Below are positions 11,401 to 18,871 of a stretch of 64,000 bases of DNA, piece by piece; positions within the stretch are counted from its first letter, which is position 1; every line of letters starts with the position of its first letter. The stretch is taken from NCBI GenBank assembly GCA_052168235.1, contig JBQLZK010000012.1, positions 44,038-108,037 on the forward strand. The letters are read 5' to 3'. Both the position numbers and the translations under genes were made by a program. This DNA comes from Thainema sp. (GTDB lineage: Bacteria > Cyanobacteriota > Cyanobacteriia > Phormidesmidales > Phormidesmidaceae). The notes beneath the pieces were generated by a model that worked only from the letters and a program-made list of their open reading frames with translations, was not told where the DNA came from and searched no databases.

Positions 11401-13598
11401 GCCGTGCCGTTGGACAAGCCAATATTGTTTTCAGTAATTGAATCGACTGCATCCGGTGCATTAATGGTGATGTTGCCTGTAACTGTGACGCTTCCACCCG
11501 CAAATATATGCAGGGAAGCTCCAGTGTAGCTATCAAACGAGACGTTACCTGCCGAGCGAACAACCGGATCATAGGGGCTGAACCAACTGCCCTCGCTGCC
11601 ATCTAGCGTTTCAATTTGGAAGTTGCCGCCTGACCAGTAATGAGCGTCGCCACCAACGGTATTGGCCGATCGCAAAGTTAAATCATTACCTGCAACGAGG
11701 CCACTTTGGTCATGATTAAGGGCAAAAATATCGATTTGCTGATTGCCCTGAACGGTTAAGTCATTGCCTGCCGAGAGTAAAACCGGATTGTCTACCGTAT
11801 CGCGAATCTGTACCGTATCGCCAGCTTGCAGCGTCAGATTGCCTGTCGTAACAACGGTACTTTCCGGCAAAAATAGGCTTTGTTGGGCAGAGAACAAGGC
11901 GCGATCGCTGTTGGCCGATTGCACCATCACATCACCTGCATTAACTGAGGAGCCACTAGCGGCCAGGACAACTTGACCCTCGCTGGTGATTTGAATCTGA
12001 TCGGCATCCGCAAACTGTCCAGTTAGCAACTCTGGCAGGGAGAGAACGGGTAACGTCCAGGTATTATCTGCGCTGGGAGAACTGGTGAGAGGCTGAACTT
12101 CTAAACTGAGTAAGTTTCCGGGCTGGCTAATTTGGACTAGGCTTTCACCCGGTACGGCGGCAACGGTTAGCGCTCCATTGGGGGCTGATAGCTTTCCGGT
12201 GCTGACGACAGAACCACCGAGAAGCGTTAGTGAGCCATTCGTTACCGTTAAATTGCCGAGATTTGCGATCGCACCTGGTTCTGCCACTGTAAAACGATAG
12301 CCATTCGGTTCACCCACCAAGCTGCTGTAGTCATTGGTGCCAATCGCATTCCACCAGCCGTTGCCAAACCGTAGGCCATCTGCGGTGGAGACAGTTAGCG
12401 AACCAGGCAAATCGAGCCTTGCATTGGCTCCAAATAAAATGCCGCTGGGATTAATCAAATACAAATTGGCGTTGCTACCCGTAAGCTGAAGCAAACCATT
12501 GATCACCGACGCATCGCCGCCCATAATTCGGCCCAAAACGTTCATCGTTTCGGGTGGAGCAATGAAGTTCGCGCTTTCGTTGGACTCTAGGCCAAACCGA
12601 TCAAAGCTGTGGAACAGGTTAGCGCCATCGCTGGAAGATGAGCCGCCCGTGATTTGATACTGACTGCCACTGGGTGAAACGATCGTGCCCGTACCATCAG
12701 CAGCGGGTGTGATGGACTGTGCGATGAGGTTGGTGTCAGAAGTTAGTCCCACTGGATTGAGCGTATTGCCCCAGGTTGGGGTTGCCCAGCCGAGCCAAGG
12801 AAGTGCGATCGCAGCTACAGCCGAAGCCGCAACGGGTAATGCACGGCGGCGTAATCTAGCAGGTTGATTAACCCGATCAACGATGAGCCGCTGTCGTCGA
12901 TTCAGCGCTTGTTCCACCGCACAAAAGGCCCAGTGGGTTTGCTCAGCGGCTTTGCGATGGGAATTATTGGCCGCGTAATACCGATAGAAATAGAGCGGCT
13001 TTTTCAGCGGATAAACATCTGTCACTTCCGACAGCCGCAAACAGAGGTCGTAATCGTAAGCGTAGGGAAAGGCGAGGTGAATGCCGCCAATTTGGTCATA
13101 TACCGAGCGGCGCAGCAGCCGGAAGTGGAAGGTGATGAACTTGTGCAGCAGGGCTTCTCGCGAATAGGGAATCTGGCAGCGAGAGCCGAGTCCGGTCACT
13201 TGACTCTCGGCGTCCATCACTAAATAGTCGGTGTAGACCATGCCGACGCGGGGATGGGATTCTAGGACGGCTACCGTTTCGGCCAATGCGGTCGGTGCCA
13301 GGATGTCGTCGCTGTCTACCCAGCCGAGGTAGCGTCCAGTTAACTGTGCGATCGCAGCCGTGCGGGAGCGAGGAATACCCTGGTGTGGTGCGGCGATTAC
13401 CCGAATTCGCTGATCCTGTGCTGCAAACTGCTGGGCAATCTCGACGGAGCGATCGGTTGAGCCATCGTCCCAAATAATCAGCTCAAAATCGGTAAACGTC
13501 TGAGCTAACACACTTTTAATTGCCGTTGCCAAGTAGCGATCGCGGTTGCGATTCGTAATCAGCAGCGAAACAAGTGGTGAGACAGGAGCAGTCGTCAT
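8478..13598 (-). CDS. GT2 glycosyltransferase / filamentous-haemagglutinin N-domain / CHAT protease fusion
   Basis: N-terminal DDGSTD...VDSDD...DYDLCLRL (GT2); NLFHSF...INPSGI (TPS/FHA-N); G/T/A-rich beta-helix repeats; C-terminal IHIASHAEF, LVLSACRTA, SLWYVSD and HPFYWSAF (CHAT). Confidence 0.88.
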   Translation of the reverse strand: MTTAPVSPLVSLLITNRNRDRYLATAIKSVLAQTFTDFELIIWDDGSTDRSVEIAQQFAAQDQRIRVIAAPHQGIPRSRTAAIAQLTGRYLGWVDSDDILAPTALAETVAVLESHPRVGMVYTDYLVMDAESQVTGLGSRCQIPYSREALLHKFITFHFRLLRRSVYDQIGGIHLAFPYAYDYDLCLRLSEVTDVYPLKKPLYFYRYYAANNSHRKAAEQTHWAFCAVEQALNRRQRLIVDRVNQPARLRRRALPVAASAVAAIALPWLGWATPTWGNTLNPVGLTSDTNLIAQSITPAADGTGTIVSPSGSQYQITGGSSSSDGANLFHSFDRFGLESNESANFIAPPETMNVLGRIMGGDASVINGLLQLTGSNANLYLINPSGILFGANARLDLPGSLTVSTADGLRFGNGWWNAIGTNDYSSLVGEPNGYRFTVAEPGAIANLGNLTVTNGSLTLLGGSVVSTGKLSAPNGALTVAAVPGESLVQISQPGNLLSLEVQPLTSSPSADNTWTLPVLSLPELLTGQFADADQIQITSEGQVVLAASGSSVNAGDVMVQSANSDRALFSAQQSLFLPESTVVTTGNLTLQAGDTVQIRDTVDNPVLLSAGNDLTVQGNQQIDIFALNHDQSGLVAGNDLTLRSANTVGGDAHYWSGGNFQIETLDGSEGSWFSPYDPVVRSAGNVSFDSYTGASLHIFAGGSVTVTGNITINAPDAVDSITENNIGLSNGTAINIDGASVPTLDIRAGTTAIGGAPLIPPPGSGFTPGNPVLTAAPTAANITIGGNIQVAPFSPNNLTEVFLTTQYAPNAVAGGNITVGGTIDTSSPFGGYGGDVVVDARGNVDIGGTILTGTDSEFGPDTSGDVTILAPSGAIEVAAIDTSSLNAYGGEGGDVTLQASGDITANGAITTLVVSDPQIDFGIFSQGGEIQIISSAGSVTVGDLDTSAEMNPGFVPGVESTLNAIAGDITVQAGQSITAANVIATATTPASTAQAGEVQLIAGATPGQSNIQFTRIDTSASSLAGPGIANNVTVTASDGTVQGTGQDLLGRTINAEGSTAGGTVAITHDGGPDNVPFTVGDASTNGTAGDIVTNADAIAPLATFPNAGTETATNGTISITFNNIAPNLSTTTNSLSSPTNAPILFTIASFTPATGDSNADNLTYQIDSILDGELFRADGVTPVLAGDTVTESETLIYVPAGTATTAIDAFTLVVNDGLADSAAVTITFQTGEIPEPNPNPNPNPNPEPKPEPEDITFQDPVCPPFCGGEPPLDVDENPSGGEVLPPITIDEAQAVLQDIADKTGIEPALIYVNYLPATLAVNPGFSELEATASQEIANYLNRSDQSRGIAFDLAPQPTDELELLLVTANQPPVRRRVPGITRQQVEAAAVDLQTQLTDPRLIQSTAYRQSAQQLYQWIIGTLQADLVAQEVENIAFIMPSKLRSLPVAALYDGQQFLIEQYSLGLMPSLNLIDTRYEDVRNSQVLAMGTDKFKDLPALPAVPVELAAIGDTWTGETLVDEAFTIDNLKKERQITPFGIIHIASHAEFLPGDPSNSFIQFNDQRLKLSELRELGLNEPPVELLVLSACRTAIGNEDAELGFAGLALQAGVKSALASLWYVSDEGTLALMTEFYNQLQTSPIKAEALRQTQIAMLQGQVQIDERTIEEAQEFGFSPPLDRQEGQESVGNSDLSHPFYWSAFTLVGSPW
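9841..9900 (-). repeat. Pro-X (PE/PN/PK) hexanucleotide linker repeat inside the CHAT protein
   Basis: Tandem GGGTTC/GGGTTT units encoding PEPNPNPNPNPNPEPKPEPE. Confidence 0.85.
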
Positions 13599-13857
13599 AA
13601 CCAGGAAACCACGAAAGATCAGCTGAGTATTCTAACGCTACGCGATTCGACTCTTCGCATCAGGAAATTGCAAGAAAATTTAGGGGATAGGCAGCCACCT
13701 AGGCGCGCCACCAGTGGCACACTTGCCAAATCATCCTACGCACGGCTACGACACTCGATTCAATCCTGATACGCTAAACTCAGGCTTTAATGCATTTTCG
13801 TTATCAGCCTAAATACATCGGTCATTAGCAACCATCTCAGAGTGTTTCGATTTGCCC

Positions 13858-14817
13858 ATGAAGTCCTTATTTTTCAGCGTTGTCATTCCCACCTATAACC
13901 GCAAGCCAATTCTGGAAAAGTGCTTAAGGGCGATGGAGCAGCAGGAGATCCCCGCCAATAGCGCGATCGCAGAGTACGAAATTATCGTGGTTGATGATGG
14001 GTCAACGGACGGGACGGTGGCGTGGCTGACGGAATCCGCATCGGAGTTTCCCCATGTGCGCCTGTTTCAGCAGGAACACCTTGGCCCGTCTGCGGCTCGC
14101 AATTTGGGGGTTGAAGCGGCTCAGGGTGACACGATTATCTTTATCGACAGTGATTTAGTTGTAACCGAATGCTTTTTGCAGTCCCATGCCGATGCGCTCC
14201 AGCAGGGGTACGCTCAACTTGGTTGCGATCGCTGTTTCACCTATGGCGCGGTGATCAATACCTGCAATTTTGACAATCCAACTGCTGAACCTTATAAGGT
14301 AACTGACTTTTCAGCCGCCTACTTTGCGACGGGTAATGTTGCGATCGCAAAACACTGGCTAGAGGAAGCGGGACTGTTTGATACCGGATTTCAGCTCTAT
14401 GGCTGGGAAGATTTGGAGCTGGGCGTGCGGCTGAAAAAGCTGGGGCTAAAGCTGATCAAGTGCCCCGCCGCTGTTGGCTATCACTGGCATCCCCCGTTTA
14501 AGCTAGCGGATATTCCTAATTTGATTGATAAGGAAATTCAGCGCGGTCGGATGGGCGTTTTGTTCTATCAAAAGCACCCCACCTGGAACGTCCGCATGAT
14601 GATTCAAATGACTTGGCTGCATCGAGTGCTGTGGGGGTTGCTCTCGCTCGGTGGACGGCTAAATGAACGGACAATGGCCCCACTTTTGCAATGGCTGATT
14701 AATAGTGGTCGGCCTCAGCTTGCCCTAGAACTAGCACGGGTATTTCTCAACTGGTACAACGTTCGGGGTGTCTATGCGGCCTATGCAGAAATGCAGCAGA
14801 GTCCAGTAAATAAATAA
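13858..14817 (+). CDS. Glycosyltransferase family 2 protein
   Basis: SVVIPTYNR, VDDGSTD, FIDSD and YGWEDLELG. Confidence 0.92.
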   Translation: MKSLFFSVVIPTYNRKPILEKCLRAMEQQEIPANSAIAEYEIIVVDDGSTDGTVAWLTESASEFPHVRLFQQEHLGPSAARNLGVEAAQGDTIIFIDSDLVVTECFLQSHADALQQGYAQLGCDRCFTYGAVINTCNFDNPTAEPYKVTDFSAAYFATGNVAIAKHWLEEAGLFDTGFQLYGWEDLELGVRLKKLGLKLIKCPAAVGYHWHPPFKLADIPNLIDKEIQRGRMGVLFYQKHPTWNVRMMIQMTWLHRVLWGLLSLGGRLNERTMAPLLQWLINSGRPQLALELARVFLNWYNVRGVYAAYAEMQQSPVNK

Positions 14818-14861
14818 CAACAAGCCGTCGCCTGGCTACCAGGCGACGGCTTGTTGTTATT
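14813..14861. terminator. Bidirectional terminator-like hairpin between convergent genes
   Basis: Perfect 23-bp arms AATAACAACAAGCCGTCGCCTGG-CTA-CCAGGCGACGGCTTGTTGTTATT. Confidence 0.75.
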
Positions 14862-14870
14862 GTTCATTGA

Positions 14871-16151
14871 TTAAGCGCTAATCGTAGACTTGTACATTGC
14901 TTCGCGGGTGGCGACCATACCCTGGACGAGGCGATCCATTTCCTCGCGGGTGTGGAGCGCATTCGCAGTCACGCGGATGCGGGGCTTGGCAATGAACCAG
15001 ATGGGAGAAACCCAGATGCCGTGCGTGTCCATTAGCTGGCGAGCAAAAACCTTAGGATTAATATCCACAGGTAGCAGAATGGGTAACACATTGGTTTCAC
15101 CAATGACTTCGAAATCATTGGCCGCAAGCTGCGATCGCAGATAGCGAGTATTTTCCTGCAGGCGCTGCACCAGTTCCGGGGACTGACGCACGCGGCGAAT
15201 GCTCTGGAGGGCGGCTGCCGTTAGCGGTGGCGCGAGAGAAATCGTGCCAATCGACGTAGGCGATACGTTCAATAGCGGCTTTAGCTCAGCGGTAGCGGAA
15301 CTAATCGCAGCCCCAGCAGACGCGGCAAACTTCGAGAATGTGGTCATGATGATTGGCTCAACGCCGCGATCTAGCGCATATTGAGGCGTGATGCCAAAGT
15401 GCTCATAAACACCGCGTCCAGTTGCACCAATGGCTCCACTAGCATGGGCTTCATCCATCACTAAAGTTGTATCCTCATAGGCCGAGAGGATATCAATCAT
15501 CTCCGGCAGGGGCACAACGTCCCCATCCATTGAGAACACAGCGTCAGAAATCACCAAAATGCGATCGCCCGGGCGGGCATAACGCTTCAGCTTGCGGGCC
15601 AAATCTTCCATATCGCAGTGGCGGTAGGCCCGCACCCGTACCCGTGGGCTATGGCCAAATAGCTTGCCAGAGCGTGTACCTGCGTTTGTAACAGCGGAAA
15701 TAATGCAACCGTGGTTGAGCACATCCGTCAAAATCAGCGTTTCGCGGGTGTGCTGAAATCCCGGCACGGGAATGGCTAAATGACAATAGGCATCCATCAG
15801 CGCCTGTAGCGCCATCCACGCATTCAAAAATAGCTGCGTGTGCGGTAAATGCTTAAAGTCCGAAATTTCATCTTCGAGTTGGCGATGGAGATCGATGCGA
15901 CCGCTCAAGACAGAGCAAGAGCTATTGGATGTCCCGTAGTGCTGAATCGAATCAATTGCAGCTTGCTGAACGGATTTGTCTTGAACTAACCCGAGGACAT
16001 CGTTGGTGCAGAAGGTCAGCACGCGACGCCGGATGCCAGTGGCAGATTCCTCAATATCGACGATGTTGCCATGTTTGGCATGACAAATGTATTCGTCCGG
16101 ATCAAGGCCACTTTGATACCACTTTTGGACGTATTCTTTAACAACTTGCAC
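14871..16151 (-). CDS. PLP-dependent alpha-oxoamine synthase family enzyme (BioF/Kbl/Spt-like)
   Basis: FCTNDVLGL, NHGCII, HCDMEDL, DAVFSMDGD, DEAHASG and TFSKF (PLP Lys); GAGAGGAG RBS before the GTG. Confidence 0.85.
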   Translation of the reverse strand: MQVVKEYVQKWYQSGLDPDEYICHAKHGNIVDIEESATGIRRRVLTFCTNDVLGLVQDKSVQQAAIDSIQHYGTSNSSCSVLSGRIDLHRQLEDEISDFKHLPHTQLFLNAWMALQALMDAYCHLAIPVPGFQHTRETLILTDVLNHGCIISAVTNAGTRSGKLFGHSPRVRVRAYRHCDMEDLARKLKRYARPGDRILVISDAVFSMDGDVVPLPEMIDILSAYEDTTLVMDEAHASGAIGATGRGVYEHFGITPQYALDRGVEPIIMTTFSKFAASAGAAISSATAELKPLLNVSPTSIGTISLAPPLTAAALQSIRRVRQSPELVQRLQENTRYLRSQLAANDFEVIGETNVLPILLPVDINPKVFARQLMDTHGIWVSPIWFIAKPRIRVTANALHTREEMDRLVQGMVATREAMYKSTISA

Positions 16152-16929
16152 AGCTCACTCCTCTCACCTAGTTCCTCAATCGCCAAGCTCTGTGTTTCAT
16201 GAAATCCAAATCGTTTCAATGTAATGAGATCGCTCGGTATTCTGCTCTAACGTATCGGATGATATCCCGCTTGGATCAGGGTGATCCTACAGATTTTTAA
16301 CTGGCACACCACTTATCCAAAGGCACATGCTACAAAGCAGCTTGCTATAGAATGCCCCTTATTTCCTAGAGGGGTAGAACCCTGTCAGAGTAAGCACCAA
16401 TTATAGAACCGGACGATTGTATCAATCCTTTCTGGCTTCTTTACAAATGTCAACTATTGCTAAGCATACGCTGATTTCGACCGATAGGCTATAAAACGCT
16501 CGAATCTAGCGGGATTAGGGGATTTACGTGCTCTGGAGCTGAGCTTGACGACCTGTCGCATTTATTTCTTAAGGCACAGTTATCGTTTAGCTCCAAAAAA
16601 TTATTGGGCAGTAGTCTGTCAACTTTATTTTGCTGAGTTTGATGGCTGGTGTGCTGAACGAAGCGCAGCCCATCAGCCTGAATATAACAGCGGTAATTTA
16701 GGTCGTGATTTTTGAGGATACCAATCCGTGTTCTTGGAACATATCCAAGTCCAAGGGTTGTGGATTAAATGGCCTGTAAACCCTTCCATCCTTGGGGGCA
16801 TGGCATTATGTGTCGCTGCCACAAAGACTTCACCTGATTAAATCCGCGTTCCTGAGTGGATTGCCTTTAGAGATAAAGTGTCTAATATGAATGTGAACGG
16901 CGCGATTGAGGAAGTACGGGGGAAATACT

Positions 16930-17925
16930 ATGTCATCTGATCCAGCCACATCTACGCCACCTGTTGACCCCAACCGCACAGGCCGTCAATCTTCGGTTGA
17001 GACGCAGTATTACACCTGGCGTGGCCATCATTGTGCCTATGATGTGCTCACCCGAGATCGCACCTTAAATAATCCGAGTATTTCCGACGCGTCCGATTCC
17101 GATCAACCCGCTATTCTGCTGCTCCATCCGATCGGTGTTGGCTTATCGCGCCAGTTTTGGCAGCGGTTTGCCGAGGCTTGGTTTGAGGCTGGAGAAACCG
17201 CTCCTCTATATAATCCCGACTTATTGGGCAATGGTGAGAGCGGCATGCCCCATGTGGCTTACTATCCAGCCGACTGGGCCGAACAGCTAGAGTACTTTAT
17301 CCAAACGGTGATTCGCCGCCCCGTTATTTTGATTTCCCAAGGGGCGCTGTTTCCAGTTGCGATCGCGCTGACTCAGCGATCCAACAGCCTAGAACTTATC
17401 CAAGGCTTAATTCTGGCTGGCCCTCCGGCCTGGTCAATCATGACTACTCCCTCACCCACATGGCAAAATCGCCTGCTGTGGAGTCTATTCGATTCTCCCC
17501 TGGGTCAGGCGTTCTATCGCTATGCCCGCCGCGAAGATTTTTTGCGCTCCTTTTCAATTAAGCAGCTTTTTGATGATGCCGCCGATGTCGATGCTGAGTG
17601 GCTCAACATGCTGCAAGCGGGTGCTACCGACCCAGCCAGCCGTCATGCTGTCTTTTCCTTCCTAGCAGGCTTTTGGCGGCGAGACTACACGGAAGCGATG
17701 CAGCGGATTCCGCAGCCAACGCTAGTTGTCTTTGGTGAAACAGCCTCTAGTATTAGTCGCTCGGGTAAAAACGAATCGCCACAAGATCGAATGACGGATT
17801 ATCTCAAGCATTTACCCCATGTAGAAGGACGATTTATGTCAGGGCGCAATGTGCTGCCTTATGAGCGGCCAGTTGAATTTGTGCAAACGATATCATCCTT
17901 CGTTCACCAGCTTGCTCAAGCCTAG
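16930..17925 (+). CDS. Alpha/beta hydrolase fold protein with an atypical active site
   Basis: LLHPIGVG, PDLLGNGESG and PTLVVFGE; the nucleophile elbow reads ISQGA. Confidence 0.85.
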   Translation: MSSDPATSTPPVDPNRTGRQSSVETQYYTWRGHHCAYDVLTRDRTLNNPSISDASDSDQPAILLLHPIGVGLSRQFWQRFAEAWFEAGETAPLYNPDLLGNGESGMPHVAYYPADWAEQLEYFIQTVIRRPVILISQGALFPVAIALTQRSNSLELIQGLILAGPPAWSIMTTPSPTWQNRLLWSLFDSPLGQAFYRYARREDFLRSFSIKQLFDDAADVDAEWLNMLQAGATDPASRHAVFSFLAGFWRRDYTEAMQRIPQPTLVVFGETASSISRSGKNESPQDRMTDYLKHLPHVEGRFMSGRNVLPYERPVEFVQTISSFVHQLAQA

Positions 17926-17929
17926 ATGT

Positions 17930-18334
17930 CTATTCTTTCTCGATGCTGACGCGATCAGTTTCGATATGTTTTGTCCCATCGACCTGGCGAACAACATCTA
18001 TAACGTGATCCAGTTCGATTCTGCTGGGAACCTGTCCTTCAAAAATGACGGAATCGCCGAATTGAATTAGCCGCAGTTGCTCTAGGTCAGACGCAACTGG
18101 ATCATCTTCAAGTGCGATCGCGGCTCGCTTGGCCAATCCACTAGGATCATATTCTCCATTCAGGCCCATGAACTCCGGCGGTGGTGGTGGCATGTGAGTC
18201 CCCGCATCTTCCCGGAGCTGAGCATTGTAGTCCTGCCCAAAGCCCGGCTGCATGCGTGATTCCGCATCGAAATCGTGGGTCGGCTGCGTCAATTCCCCAA
18301 CTTGTTGCACATAGGCGCGCTGTAACCAGGTCAT
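17930..18334 (-). CDS. BON-domain (phospholipid-binding) protein
   Basis: GLNGEYDPSGLAKR...FEGQVPS...VDGTKHIET. Confidence 0.75.
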   Translation of the reverse strand: MTWLQRAYVQQVGELTQPTHDFDAESRMQPGFGQDYNAQLREDAGTHMPPPPPEFMGLNGEYDPSGLAKRAAIALEDDPVASDLEQLRLIQFGDSVIFEGQVPSRIELDHVIDVVRQVDGTKHIETDRVSIEKE

Positions 18335-18471
18335 AACTTTGTCTTAAATAAGATACTGCTTCTCTATTACAGCGTGGATACATTGCCCCTACATCATCCC
18401 AGTGTGATAGGTCAAGTCAACTTGATGGCTTCAAAAGGGAGAAATATAGCGCCGTCATTTTGATTGCAGTA

Positions 18472-18546
18472 TTTAAACCAAATCCAGGTTGAAAAGTAGA
18501 GCTTTCCCTCAGGGAAAGCTCTACTTTTCAACCCTGTTGGGGTTTA
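18472..18546. repeat. 75-bp hairpin element, copy 1 (copy 2 at 42613-42687)
   Basis: 22-bp arms GGTTGAAAAGTAGAGCTTTCCC-TCA-GGGAAAGCTCTACTTTTCAACC; 73/75 identical to copy 2. Confidence 0.92.
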
Positions 18547-18871
18547 TACAATCTGATGTTTCAACATTTGAAATTCAACAGTTGAAAATTTTCTATTGGT
18601 TTTCTGTTGGTTTGATTTTGGAGCGCTGCTTATCTGTCACTTTACAAACAGTTTCGCAGTATGAATTTTGAGTATCACCTTTTTGTCAATGTAGCGGATT
18701 ATACGAAGCGGGATCAATGATAGTAATTATTGCCCTTGGGAATAATAATTGAGAACGCTAGTTTTACCGAATTAAATCGCCTGCATCTGCTCATTTCAAC
18801 TGACTATCAGCCGACTATCAGTGATTCGGTATACGAGATTAAAGTCGTTTGCATAAGAGTAATTACGTAGA

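Noticed and set aside
14871..16151. Naming the gene bioF
   Set aside because: Motifs support the family only, and there is no biotin gene context.
18691..18704. GTA-N8-TAC (NtcA-like box) upstream of the A-T-R gene
   Set aside because: No properly spaced TAN3T -10 element downstream, and the short motif arises often by chance.
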